Both the position numbers and the translations under genes were made by a program. The notes below the pieces were generated by a model, which made no database searches, was not told the DNA's origin, and saw nothing but the letters and a program-made list of their open reading frames with translations. Below are positions 31,066 to 41,478 of a stretch of 64,000 bases of DNA, one piece after another. The stretch comes from Chamaesiphon sp. (lineage in GTDB: Bacteria; Cyanobacteriota; Cyanobacteriia; Cyanobacteriales; Chamaesiphonaceae). The first letter of the stretch is position 1; every line of letters starts with the position of its first letter. Location: assembly GCA_965246715.1 (NCBI GenBank), contig CBDFFH010000020.1, forward strand, positions 160,001-224,000. Direction: 5' to 3'.

Positions 31066-33552
31066 TTAATCTCTGTCAAACCGGGCGATCGCTTCCTGAT
31101 ATAGCTCTAGTTCTGAAAGCGATCGACCGCGCTGGCGTTCGTATTCAACCAGCCGACGCACCCGCTCCAGATCTCCCTGTGCTTTGCGTAAAAGTTTTTC
31201 TTTCAAAACATCCAATTCACTCTGGAGATTTTGGCGATAAGTCGAGCGAAGTTCGTTCGTATAGCGATTCGCAAATTCGTACTCAGCATCAGTCAGATAG
31301 CCCAAGCGATGCCCAGGACGATATTCATTGCCAGCGAAAGATCGTTTGTATCCCGCTAAAAATACGTCACCAAATCCACAGATAAACATACACAGATCGG
31401 TGTCGCGCTCGTTGAGTTCAAAATTCGGCTGGCGGATGCCGCGATTTTCCAAAATATAGTGACAGACTTCATGGGCTAAAATCGCTCGCGCTGCTGGTAA
31501 ATCCCGCTCGAAATCGAGACTGACGCGAATCGTCACCCAACCCTCTTCATCTACTTCAAACTGTCCCGCAGCAGCAGGCACGGATTCGATCGCCACGCGC
31601 GGCACCATCATTGGCACCGCAAACCCTGGTGCTACCCGTCTGGCACGATCGAGTAAAGCTTTTACCACTCGATCGAGTGGAGCCAAATCGGACAACTCAC
31701 GCGGATCGAGTGTAAAGCTGGCAGACCACGAAGACTCCTCCAAAAGCCAGCCTAACTGAGCCAGCCCATCTAAACTAGATTTAATGTGGTCGAAATCCGC
31801 TGAAGCTTTCGGTGTGGCTGAGACTGAAGCTTTCGGTGTTGCTGACTTGCTGCTCGGTGCGATCTCGATCCAAACCACGAAATCTCCACGATCGAAGGGA
31901 GAAACCCGTTTGCTTACGCCGCGCCCAGGGAAGGTGAGGAAACTGCGGTTTTGGCTTCCTGGCGGGATCTGGAGATCGATGTCGCCATCCAGGGTGCGAA
32001 TGCGAAGCTCCACCCCAGTATGGGCTTGTGCTGGCGTAATCTTGACTTCGGTAAAGATATCGTCGCCTTCTCTGGTCAATCCATCTGCCTGAAATGGCAC
32101 TTTCAGGTGCAAATACAAATCTCCAGGCTTATCGCCATAGGTACAGAGATTACCTTGTCCGGTCAGGCGCAATCGGCTTCCAGTCGTCGAGCCAGCCGGG
32201 ACGAGAATTTTTAGCAGTTTGACAGTGGGTGCGAACTCACCATTCGCTTGAATTTCGAGCCGATTGACCCGAACTTCTGGTTCGCACCCAAAGATCGCTT
32301 CGTAAAATCCGAGATTGAGGTCTAAGTTAAGATCGGGTAGAACATCAGTCGAATTGCCGCGATCGGGGGAATGGACTTTTTCATTAACTTTGGCCGCTCG
32401 ATCTGGTGATGTAACTTTGTCTTTGGGTCGATCTTCTTGTTTAGGGGTAGTAACCGTAGTTTTTGGTTTACCTTCTTGTTTGGGGGCAGCACGACGATCG
32501 GTTCCCGAACGTGTCTGGCTGGTGGGTTGCCGCTGTTCTACCATTGCATAGAACTCTTTACGTCGCCAGTTCCACATCTTTCTACTTTCAGATGTATATC
32601 CGATTACCGTCCAAGGTGCATATGTATGAATGTTCTGAATGATGCGATCGACTTCTCCTTCACACATCGAAAAATTTCGCTCTTCACCAAACCGATCGTA
32701 AAGCACTATGGCATAGGATCGACCCGTGGGAATAAAGTTAATACTGTGATTAGTGACTTTTTTAAATACCCACATCAATCGATCGAGTTTAACGATTTGG
32801 AGGTTGTATATCTCAGTAAATAGTAGCCAAGAAGGTGTCAAAAATAATGTATTTCCTGCTAATTCTTGACAATTGTATCGATCCCTAATTTCACGATCGA
32901 TATTACATGCGAGTAAATCTCCATCTCCAGATCGTGCTAAAGAACTATAGATTGGATGCTTGCGGGGGTTATTGGTTCTAACTTTTGCTCTGTAAAGGTT
33001 CCAGCTACAGAGACCCAATCCACCAGCTAGAATAAATAACAAACCATCCAACGAGGATTTGTAATTTACTGACTCCAGCATTACAGGTGCGATTTTATCT
33101 TTTAAAGTAGGTCGATATTTAAGCAGTCGATCGACAACTTTCTCCTGAACATCAACGGGAATTATTGAGAGTTTACCAGTGAGATTAAGCTTGTGCAGAT
33201 CGGCTTGAGGTTGCATCTCGATTAAAATAGCTCGATCTCCATCGAGTATTGCAACTGCATATTTACTATCTACTGTCTCCACATTAGTTTTTTTATTAAG
33301 AATTACTTTAGTAATGCCAGTATCGACGATGCTGGAACTGGTAAAAGTGACAAACTCTCGATCGATCCGAACGGCATCTTCAAGTTTCAAAAGTTGCTCG
33401 GCATTGATTTTCTGTGCGCCTAAGTAGCAGTTATATAAATAACGATATTGCGAACAGCCAAATCCTAATAATAAGGCTATTCCGATTAAGTTATGTAGCC
33501 ACAATTTTTTGTTAAGTTTTTGAATATGTCTCCAGACGATCGTTCCTTCCAT
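31066..33552 (-). CDS. Multidomain membrane protein: N-terminal TM region + DnaJ C-terminal domain + HExxH peptidase-like domain
   Basis: TM segments; DnaJ_C pattern (L.L.FYEAIFG, VPAG...G.RLRL.GQG, PGDLY, R.GDDI, I.TLDG, G.G, RGD); LAHEVCH. Confidence 0.65.
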   Translation of the reverse strand: MEGTIVWRHIQKLNKKLWLHNLIGIALLLGFGCSQYRYLYNCYLGAQKINAEQLLKLEDAVRIDREFVTFTSSSIVDTGITKVILNKKTNVETVDSKYAVAILDGDRAILIEMQPQADLHKLNLTGKLSIIPVDVQEKVVDRLLKYRPTLKDKIAPVMLESVNYKSSLDGLLFILAGGLGLCSWNLYRAKVRTNNPRKHPIYSSLARSGDGDLLACNIDREIRDRYNCQELAGNTLFLTPSWLLFTEIYNLQIVKLDRLMWVFKKVTNHSINFIPTGRSYAIVLYDRFGEERNFSMCEGEVDRIIQNIHTYAPWTVIGYTSESRKMWNWRRKEFYAMVEQRQPTSQTRSGTDRRAAPKQEGKPKTTVTTPKQEDRPKDKVTSPDRAAKVNEKVHSPDRGNSTDVLPDLNLDLNLGFYEAIFGCEPEVRVNRLEIQANGEFAPTVKLLKILVPAGSTTGSRLRLTGQGNLCTYGDKPGDLYLHLKVPFQADGLTREGDDIFTEVKITPAQAHTGVELRIRTLDGDIDLQIPPGSQNRSFLTFPGRGVSKRVSPFDRGDFVVWIEIAPSSKSATPKASVSATPKASADFDHIKSSLDGLAQLGWLLEESSWSASFTLDPRELSDLAPLDRVVKALLDRARRVAPGFAVPMMVPRVAIESVPAAAGQFEVDEEGWVTIRVSLDFERDLPAARAILAHEVCHYILENRGIRQPNFELNERDTDLCMFICGFGDVFLAGYKRSFAGNEYRPGHRLGYLTDAEYEFANRYTNELRSTYRQNLQSELDVLKEKLLRKAQGDLERVRRLVEYERQRGRSLSELELYQEAIARFDRD

Positions 33553-33622
33553 AATTTAATTTTTATAGGTGCTTTAATTACGCTCGCTATAGCAATGATT
33601 TGACTGGAGATCGAGGTTGGTT

Positions 33623-34144
33623 TTAAAAATCATCTTCTTGGATTTGTTCGTGATATATGCTTCCTCTACGATCTTTGTATGTAGTAAACATAACTTTAGA
33701 AAATTTAGTGCCTGTAGATGTTTTTTGTTCTTTTAATTTAAACTTGGGAGTACGAAATATTCTACAAGTACTAAGATTTCGATAGCGCACATCATATGTA
33801 CCGCGAGTAACATTTTCGACTGTAAATTCTTGACCCTGCTTAACCAAGAATGCTCGAATTGTTTGGGGTCGCTCCGAACTTAGTGTGAATAATTTGATAA
33901 ATAAATCATAATTACCTTGAGAATTGTCAATAGTCACGGTTGAGAGTCCAGTCTTGGCTTTAACCTGATAGCCTTTAATATAGCCAGTAGTACTGGGGAA
34001 AGGATAACCTTCCTTAGTAGCTCGATTGCAAGTTTTAGGTGTTGATTGTTGAGAGCGGGCAATATTGGGAATCAGCGAGATATCGCCTGCAATTGTAGCG
34101 ATCGAGACGATCGTTGCGAATGAAAAATGAATCGCTCTGTTCAT
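33623..34144 (-). CDS. Secreted hypothetical protein, paralog of 40609..41217
   Basis: Signal peptide; shared PFP..GYIKGY..GLS.VT.DNS..D.F.KL..G.YDVR.R.L. Confidence 0.7.
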   Translation of the reverse strand: MNRAIHFSFATIVSIATIAGDISLIPNIARSQQSTPKTCNRATKEGYPFPSTTGYIKGYQVKAKTGLSTVTIDNSQGNYDLFIKLFTLSSERPQTIRAFLVKQGQEFTVENVTRGTYDVRYRNLSTCRIFRTPKFKLKEQKTSTGTKFSKVMFTTYKDRRGSIYHEQIQEDDF

Positions 34145-34187
34145 ATGTTTACAAGTTTAATGTTATATATCTAACGTATGATTTGCT

Positions 34188-34297
34188 ATGAAACCTCGAC
34201 ATCTTCGCTACTTTACGGCTATGGCTGAAGTAATAAGTTTCAGCCGTGCCGTTGCAACTTGCGGGTATTACCCAACCGCCTTTAAGTCAAAAAATTA
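34188..34297 (+). pseudogene. LysR HTH remnant
   Basis: MKPRHLRYFTAMAEVISFSRA, then frameshift to AGITQPPLSQKI; matches the N-terminus of the LysR at 57796. Confidence 0.75.
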
Positions 34298-35143
34298 AGA
34301 CGTTAGCAATAATGCTGAATCATCGCCTGACTCAATCGGTGCGATCGTTGCGGAAATCTCGTCCCAGAGCTGTTGTCGAGCTACCAAAGTTGCGATTGCG
34401 GCTGTGGTTGCCTGTTTCCAAGCCTCTAGATTTTGTCCGCAGATACGATCTAACAATTTCTTCGCAATAGGAATATGTTGCATCTCATCTAAACCCACAT
34501 GATGCTGGCAATAATCGCGTAGACGATCGCTGCACCATGAGCCATCTGGTAAAATTAGCGATCGTTCTAATATATCTAACTGCTTCAGTAAATTAGCAAA
34601 CATGGGAGGTGAGATTTCTTCGCGCCCGCTCAAAAAAGCGGCAACAATACCAGCAGTCGAACCCTGACAAATTTGCCAAGTTGTAGATACAAACGCCGCA
34701 GCGGCGGGTGAGATCGCTACATTTGCCAAGGCAGTTTCCAACCCCATGCCACCACGTAGTAAGTCGATCGTTTGCTGAATCGGCTGGGTTTGTGCGCCTA
34801 GATCGGCCATCGCCATCAGATAAAATTCCACATGACTGAGGTATATTCCATTACCAAACGATTCAGTCTCTTCATCAAGAATAATTTCGTTAATCAAACG
34901 AGCTGCAATCGGATCGGCCACGGGCAGCCAGGGCGTTGTTACGCAGGTCAATCGTTGCTGTAGCGTTTTCAACAGCGTCATATTATCCCAAACGGCAAAT
35001 ACATGCGCCTGCATAAATGTCCGAATCGCACTTGGCGTAGTCAACTGTGCGTACAATGGATGCCGCAACAGCACTTGCTGATGGGGTCGAACCTCGGCTA
35101 AAAACTGCCGAAAAAGATGTTGACTATGTTTCATAATTACCAC
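34295..35143 (-). CDS. DUF3050 family heme-oxygenase-like protein
   Basis: HPLY, FM..HVFAVWD.M.LLK.LQ..LTC...PW, RLINEIILDEE, SH.E.YL.AM and GRE. Confidence 0.8.
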   Translation of the reverse strand: MVIMKHSQHLFRQFLAEVRPHQQVLLRHPLYAQLTTPSAIRTFMQAHVFAVWDNMTLLKTLQQRLTCVTTPWLPVADPIAARLINEIILDEETESFGNGIYLSHVEFYLMAMADLGAQTQPIQQTIDLLRGGMGLETALANVAISPAAAAFVSTTWQICQGSTAGIVAAFLSGREEISPPMFANLLKQLDILERSLILPDGSWCSDRLRDYCQHHVGLDEMQHIPIAKKLLDRICGQNLEAWKQATTAAIATLVARQQLWDEISATIAPIESGDDSALLLTS

Positions 35144-35364
35144 TTTTTTCTAAAAAGATTAGAGGGGAAAGATGTTGCGACAAATTCTCTGCTCTACTGC
35201 GATCGATCGCAGTAGAAACCCCATTAGCTCTGCGAGCGGGGGATTATTGTTATGCTAAGTATCCTAAAAAGAGTTAGAGCTTGCGACGGCGCGTGATTGC
35301 ATCCGCTTTCTTCACCAAAATGTCAAGAGAGGCATTTTCACCTGTTGCTAGAATCTTGCAGTGG

Positions 35365-35916
35365 TTAATTAGCTTTACGCTTTAACAACATACTCCGCAG
35401 ATTTACTCTCTTACCACTACTGCTTTGATAGATAGGTTCTCCGGTTTTACCTTGCATGATTTGTCCGAGTCGATCGAGTGTATCATCGGCACTTTGATAT
35501 GATTTCATTGTTAAAAGCATATTAGTTCGATCGCATGGCTGTTCTGGGTTTGCGACTCCACAGACAATGCCTAAACCACTTTGCTTATCCATTCCCGCAC
35601 CGATATAGGTGCGACCCTCTTGAAATGACTTTTGAATCGCATTAGAAACGATCGAACACCGCTCTTGAGGAGTATATTTAGTTCCGAAGAATTCACTTTT
35701 CCACATAATTAGAACCGTGCTTTCTGGATTGCCAGAGACGGTGGCAACAGTTGCAGGTAGCACTTTGCGGCTACTCGGATCTGTAGCTCGACCGCAGGAA
35801 AATTGGACTGTACTCGAACTGTTTTCGGGGACGGTTTGGGGGCTGGCGATCGTCGGGATCGTCCCAGCGATGATGGTTGTAAGGGCACACAGTGCAGTTA
35901 GGATCGAAGATTTCAT
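35365..35916 (-). CDS. COP23 domain secreted protein
   Basis: Signal peptide; F.C..PAT..I.WKS.F..YTPQERC..VS, then C..C..LLT and PIYQSS. Confidence 0.8.
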   Translation of the reverse strand: MKSSILTALCALTTIIAGTIPTIASPQTVPENSSSTVQFSCGRATDPSSRKVLPATVATVSGNPESTVLIMWKSEFFGTKYTPQERCSIVSNAIQKSFQEGRTYIGAGMDKQSGLGIVCGVANPEQPCDRTNMLLTMKSYQSADDTLDRLGQIMQGKTGEPIYQSSSGKRVNLRSMLLKRKAN

Positions 35917-36048
35917 GAGTGGGAACCTTTAGAGACGATGGATATTTGGATCGGAAGTTTTGAAACTAGTGCTGTCAGCTTCGTTATTGCTTAAATCGGG
36001 GAGATGTATATCGAATATGCAAAAAATGCCAAAAGATTTTAGACAACT

Positions 36049-36792
36049 CTATTCTTTAACTATGGGTTTGCTGGAAATTTTGCCTGTCATTGCCTCTTGG
36101 AAAAACGATCGGATTAGATCGATGCTCATTGCATAGCTGATGCCGATGTTACCAGTAGACGCTCCACAATCTTTACCATCGCTACAAACTACCGTCCCAC
36201 CCAGAATCATGGTATTTATGCCAATTACTTCTCCTCGATCGTTTAGGAGTGGCCCACCGGAATTACCCTTATTGATGGCGGCGTTGTGCTGAATGACGCG
36301 ACCGTCAGCCCGAATGCCGCTGACCATGCCCGCAGTGAAAGAGTTTTGATTGAATTCGGCTAAGGGCGTACCAATGGCATACACGCTATCGCCGACACGA
36401 ATCGATTTGGAGTTGCCCAGAGCGACGGTAGGAAATTTGTGCGGACGATTGATTTTGAGCAGGGCTAAATCTATTCCATCTCGTGCAAACCCGACGACAT
36501 CAGCGGGCATTTCGGTTTTACCGTCTGCCATCATGACGGTGACTACGGCTGGTTGTCCGGTCACGACGTGGGCGTTGGTGACGATGTAGCCATTAGCAGA
36601 GATGATGAAGCCACTGCCCCAGCCGTTTATGCCCCTAATCATGACTACAGCAGGGTTGGCTTTGTCGTAAACGCGGTTGGCGGTGTTGGCTTCTGGGGTT
36701 TTGGCGGTGGCAGGTGGGAGGGTATGGGGGGTGGTGATGCCCGTGTAGGTGAGGGTGGTAAGCAGGAAGGTGAAGATGAGGTTGGTTTTCAT
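36049..36792 (-). CDS. Secreted trypsin-like (HtrA/S1C) serine protease without PDZ
   Basis: GSGF, TNAHV, DLA and GNSGGPL. Confidence 0.88.
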   Translation of the reverse strand: MKTNLIFTFLLTTLTYTGITTPHTLPPATAKTPEANTANRVYDKANPAVVMIRGINGWGSGFIISANGYIVTNAHVVTGQPAVVTVMMADGKTEMPADVVGFARDGIDLALLKINRPHKFPTVALGNSKSIRVGDSVYAIGTPLAEFNQNSFTAGMVSGIRADGRVIQHNAAINKGNSGGPLLNDRGEVIGINTMILGGTVVCSDGKDCGASTGNIGISYAMSIDLIRSFFQEAMTGKISSKPIVKE

Positions 36793-36896
36793 CGCAATGT
36801 GCTCAGTGGTGTGAGTTTTATGGCTGATATTTTCTAGTTCGGGGAGAGGAGATTGATTTATGCAGGATTACCAAAAATCTTTTTTAGGGATGTTTC

Positions 36897-37913
36897 TTAA
36901 TTGCCCTGAAGCTGTTTTAGAAAGCTCATTGCCTGTCGATATAAATCCATCCGCCCTTGCTGACTAAATAACTCAGCAGCCTTACTCATATCTGTAATCG
37001 CACCCTGCTTATTTCCAAGTTGATATTTAGCAATACCTCGATTGCCGTAAGCTTGAGCAAGTTTAGGATTGAGGGAAATCGCTCGATCGTAGTTGGTAAT
37101 CGCCTCTTGAGTATTTCCCATAGCAAATTTAGTAGTACCCCGACCGAGATAAGCTTGAGCATATTTAGGATTGAGGGAAATCGCTCGATCGTAATTGGTA
37201 ATTGCCTCTTGAGTATTTCCTATAGCAAATTTAGCATTACCCCGACCGAGATAAGCTTGAGCATATTTAGGATCGATCGCGATTGCCCGATCGTAATCAA
37301 CAATTGCCTCCTGAGTATTTCCCAGCTCGGATTTAGCATTACCCCGATTAATATAAGCCTCAGCCAATTTGGGATTGATAGAAATCACTCGATTATAATC
37401 AACAATTGCCTCCTGAGTATTTCCTAGATCGAATTTAGCAAGACCACGATTATTATAAGGATAGATATATTTAGGATCGATCGCGATTGCTCGATCGTAA
37501 TCAACAATTGCCTCCTGTTTATTACCTAGATCGAATTTAGCAAGACCACGATTATTGTAAGCTTCAGCAAGTTTAGGATTGAGAGCGATCGCTCGATTGT
37601 AATCAACAATCGCCTCCTGTTTATTGCCTAGATCGGATTTAGCATTACCCCGATTGTAGTAAGCATCAGCAAACTTAGGATTGAGAGCAATCGCTCGATC
37701 AAAATCAGTAATTGCGGCTTGTTTATTACCTGACCGTGATTTAGCTACGCCCCGTTCAAGATAAACCTCTGCTGAATTTTGAACTTGGGTGAGGTAAGAT
37801 TGATTTGTCAGTTGTGGGTATTCTCTCGATCGAGAAACGAGCGCGAGCGATTTAACTGGGAATATTCCCACAAAGAGCAGGATTGTAGAAACAATTGGAA
37901 ATATAGTTTTCAT
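36897..37913 (-). CDS. Secreted TPR repeat protein
   Basis: Signal peptide plus about eight 34-aa AY.NRG.AK..LG..QEAI.DYDRAI..NP repeats. Confidence 0.9.
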   Translation of the reverse strand: MKTIFPIVSTILLFVGIFPVKSLALVSRSREYPQLTNQSYLTQVQNSAEVYLERGVAKSRSGNKQAAITDFDRAIALNPKFADAYYNRGNAKSDLGNKQEAIVDYNRAIALNPKLAEAYNNRGLAKFDLGNKQEAIVDYDRAIAIDPKYIYPYNNRGLAKFDLGNTQEAIVDYNRVISINPKLAEAYINRGNAKSELGNTQEAIVDYDRAIAIDPKYAQAYLGRGNAKFAIGNTQEAITNYDRAISLNPKYAQAYLGRGTTKFAMGNTQEAITNYDRAISLNPKLAQAYGNRGIAKYQLGNKQGAITDMSKAAELFSQQGRMDLYRQAMSFLKQLQGN

Positions 37914-37998
37914 GAGTATGAGTTAATATTTGTAATTATTAAATCGAGAAAACTAAGTTGATTTATATACAATGAAAAATCTTTTTTAGGAGCGTCTT

Positions 37999-40428
37999 TT
38001 AATTGCTCTGAAGCTGTTTGAGAAAACCCATTGCCTTTTGATATAAGTCCATCCGCCCTTGCTGGCGTAATAACTCAGCAGCCTTACTCATATCTGCAAT
38101 TGCTCCCTGTTTATTTCCTAGCAAGTACTTAGCACTACTTCGATTAATATAAGTTTCAGCGAGTTTAGGATTGAGAGTAATTGCTAGATTATAATCAATG
38201 ATTGCATCCTGAGTCTTCCCTAGTTGAGATTTAACCATGCCTCGATTACCGTAAGCATAAGTGTATTTAGGATTAATCAAAATAGCCATGTTATAATCTA
38301 TAATTGACTCTTGATAATTCCCCAATGCAGATTTAGCGTTGCCCCGATTATAGTAAGGTTCCGCAAATTTAGGATTGAGAGAAATAGCCATATCGAAATC
38401 AGATATTGCTTCTTGCTTATTTCCTAATGCAGATTTATCTACACCTCGATTATTATAAGCATAAGCATCTGGACGCTTGCGAATAATTGCATTGTAAATA
38501 GAGATCGCTTCTGCGTGATTTTTTTTCTCTTTGAGTATCAATGCTTTATCATTCAACAAGATTATATCGTTCGGTTCTAATCTTATTGCTATGTTGATTG
38601 AATTTAGAGCTTCGTCGTATTTCCCTGAACTCTTGAAAATTGCACTCTGATACTTCCATAAGTAATAATATTTAGCACGCTCTTTATCTGAAATACTAAC
38701 GATGGATCGGGCGATTGCATTTTCAGCTAATTGATATTTATTAGTGCTCCACAGAGACAATGCCTTGCCATAATTACCCAGCAACTCTTGACCTTTGACG
38801 ATCGCTCGATCGAAAGCTATTGCTGATTTATTAAACTGACGAGTTCGATAGAGTTGATTTGCATAAGCTAACCAGCGTTCTCCACTATCTGTTATTTGAG
38901 GCTGGGAAATATTTTGCATCGTAGCAATTATATTATTGCTGTCCTCTAGATTCAATTTGGCAGAATTGGCTCGAACAACCTTCAATAATTTTAAGTTGAT
39001 ATTTAGCTTGTCTGATAAGCCTGTAAAAGTTTGGATCGATATCCCCAAACTATTTAAATTTGATGATTCTGCCCTGCCATGAATACCGATAACGTTCCCA
39101 ACATCATCGAAAACAGGCCCACCACTCATGCCGCCATAACTAATACTGCTATAAATTAGATCGTAACCGTCGGAAAATGATTGGTTACTTTGAGTCACGA
39201 ACATACCTGTTTCCCGCTCGTTGATGACTCCTGGATTAAGTTGCCATTGCCACAGGGGGCTATTAATTTTCTCTCGTCCTGGAAATCCACCGACAAACAC
39301 CAAATTGCTATCATTTTGCCTGTATGCTCCTAGTTGCGCCACAGGATAGTTATTATTACTGCTGAATTTCACCACCGCCAGATCTACCCCTTGGGCAACA
39401 ACGCTACTAGTTACATTCCGCCGATCTTGGTTGTAGGTGATAATTTGATGATTGATATATTTTTGGTTGTTTTCTGGGTTTTGAAGAACGTGTTTAGCAG
39501 TTAATACATAGTAAGTATTTCCCTCCCTAGCCACGATTACGCCCGAACCATTCCCGCCACTATTTTCGATTCTTACCGTCATCTGACGCGCTTTGATATT
39601 TAGTCTTGCCATGTATCCAGTCGGCGTAACTTGACGTTCCACCTTGGGGAGATTATCGTAGCCATAGAGGATATCTGGCTTAACACGGGTGAGGAAATTA
39701 TAAACAGGTATTCCCCAGTTAGCTTGCTGATATTGGGCTTTGAGTTTGGGCAGTGGTTTACTCCCATCGTTATAGGTATAGTCGGGCAAAATTGGTGCCA
39801 CCCCAACGGTATTAATTCCTAGAAAGACCCCCCGCGCATCAAAGATTGCGCCACCGCTCATCCCCTGGCGGATGCCTTTTTCACCTTTGTCAGTGACATA
39901 ACCAATTTGCGTACCATCGTCGAAGGGAATATCCGACAGTTGCGATACTTGCCCTTTGGTAATGCGGATATCTTTAGAGTCAAATGGAAATCCCGCACTA
40001 TAAATAGTCAGTGAAGGATCGATGGGGCTACCGCTAATCCCTGATAAATCTGGGAGGGTATATTTAGTCCGACTGGTAAATTGCAATAGGGCGAGATCGT
40101 ATTTCGGATCGAATCCGCCATCGAGAGGTGTGGCTTGGTACTTCTGCCCGTCTGGAGCCTGAATTTCGATTTTAGTAGCGCGTCTAACGACGTGAGCATT
40201 AGTCAGGATCAGGTAGCGATTACCCTTCTGGGCGATAATTACCCCCGAACCGCTATTATTCTCGGAGGTAATCCGCACGGTAATATTTTTGGCAGTTTGT
40301 CGAACTTCTTGAGGGGTGAGAATGTCTTCTTGGGCGATACGAGTGTCAGATTGGGGGAGAGCAGCGAGTGGCTGGAGGGGAATTTGAGTTAAAAATAGGC
40401 TAGCAATCAACATGGTGGAGGTTTTCAT
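37999..40428 (-). CDS. Secreted tandem trypsin-like protease + TPR protein
   Basis: Two protease domains (TNAHV/DLA/GMSGG and TAKHV/DLA/GGMSGG) followed by TPRs. Confidence 0.9.
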   Translation of the reverse strand: MKTSTMLIASLFLTQIPLQPLAALPQSDTRIAQEDILTPQEVRQTAKNITVRITSENNSGSGVIIAQKGNRYLILTNAHVVRRATKIEIQAPDGQKYQATPLDGGFDPKYDLALLQFTSRTKYTLPDLSGISGSPIDPSLTIYSAGFPFDSKDIRITKGQVSQLSDIPFDDGTQIGYVTDKGEKGIRQGMSGGAIFDARGVFLGINTVGVAPILPDYTYNDGSKPLPKLKAQYQQANWGIPVYNFLTRVKPDILYGYDNLPKVERQVTPTGYMARLNIKARQMTVRIENSGGNGSGVIVAREGNTYYVLTAKHVLQNPENNQKYINHQIITYNQDRRNVTSSVVAQGVDLAVVKFSSNNNYPVAQLGAYRQNDSNLVFVGGFPGREKINSPLWQWQLNPGVINERETGMFVTQSNQSFSDGYDLIYSSISYGGMSGGPVFDDVGNVIGIHGRAESSNLNSLGISIQTFTGLSDKLNINLKLLKVVRANSAKLNLEDSNNIIATMQNISQPQITDSGERWLAYANQLYRTRQFNKSAIAFDRAIVKGQELLGNYGKALSLWSTNKYQLAENAIARSIVSISDKERAKYYYLWKYQSAIFKSSGKYDEALNSINIAIRLEPNDIILLNDKALILKEKKNHAEAISIYNAIIRKRPDAYAYNNRGVDKSALGNKQEAISDFDMAISLNPKFAEPYYNRGNAKSALGNYQESIIDYNMAILINPKYTYAYGNRGMVKSQLGKTQDAIIDYNLAITLNPKLAETYINRSSAKYLLGNKQGAIADMSKAAELLRQQGRMDLYQKAMGFLKQLQSN

Positions 40429-40608
40429 AGTTAGGGTTAAAGGTGATATTTTCTATTTCGGGGAAGTTCCGATAATTGGCATTGTTTAATTAAGATATGA
40501 AAACCGAAATGATCTAACATCGATCGAATCCACAGAAGCAATCGATCCCACCAACACTAGATCGATAGTAAACTTCAGCTTCTTTATTTTGCAGTTGTTA
40601 AAGACGAT

Positions 40609-41217
40609 CTAAAATTCCTGCTCTGATAGTGGATAAAGTTTTTTAGTTGGAATAATTGGCTTTAATTTTAAAATATATCTGGTGAACTTAGTCCCTTTGT
40701 CAAAATCATTGTACTCTTCTAAATTAAACGTGTTAGTACGTGCTAAGGCTCCACTATTGAGATCTCGAAATCTTACATCATAGGCACCAGCTTTTATCTT
40801 TTCGGCGGTGAATTTTTTACCAGCACGAATAAATAATACGCGTACAGCCTGCGAAGGATTTGAGTCAAGAGCATACAATTTTACGAAAATATCTGAGCTA
40901 TTTCTAGAGTTATCAACGGTCACACTAGAGAGTCCATCAGTAAACTGAATTGGATAACCTTTGATATAGCCGGAGTTCTTGGGAAATGGACTGCCATTAT
41001 CAGCAGTTTTCGAGCGGACATATTTGAATGATGCAATTAAGGTTTTTTTTGAATTATCGATTGCTTTAGGAGTGTAGGAATGAGAAGTTAATATAGATAT
41101 TGGTGTTGGTACAGAGGTAGCTGTGGCTGGGAGCGATGGGGCAATTAAGACATAACCCAAAATTAAAGCTATACGATAAGAGACAATGCCATAGGGTAAA
41201 GACAGTTTTTTATTCAT
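40609..41217 (-). CDS. Secreted hypothetical protein, paralog of 33623..34144
   Basis: Same GYIKGY/VTVDNS/YDVRFR motifs. Confidence 0.7.
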   Translation of the reverse strand: MNKKLSLPYGIVSYRIALILGYVLIAPSLPATATSVPTPISILTSHSYTPKAIDNSKKTLIASFKYVRSKTADNGSPFPKNSGYIKGYPIQFTDGLSSVTVDNSRNSSDIFVKLYALDSNPSQAVRVLFIRAGKKFTAEKIKAGAYDVRFRDLNSGALARTNTFNLEEYNDFDKGTKFTRYILKLKPIIPTKKLYPLSEQEF

Positions 41218-41478
41218 GATTTAGTAATTTTGTATGTTCGATCGATTGAGATAGGAAGAGAAAGGCTGTGCTGGGTAGTTGATGATAAGTGAAGCTTATA
41301 CGCCTCTCGATAAGGGCTTCAGCGTTCACATGCAGCTATTTTTGTAGCTTGAGATACACTTTTTACCACAAACACAGGATATCCAAGAGAAAATTGATTT
41401 AGTTCGATCTTTGTTACTATAGGATAAGGCATATTTAACTTATAGTAAAATAGGTTAGAGCATATAATAACGATAAAT

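Noticed and set aside
35193..35216. Perfect 24-bp palindrome TCTACTGCGATCGATCGCAGTAGA
   Set aside because: Built around overlapping HIP1 cores and single-copy here; no function can be assigned
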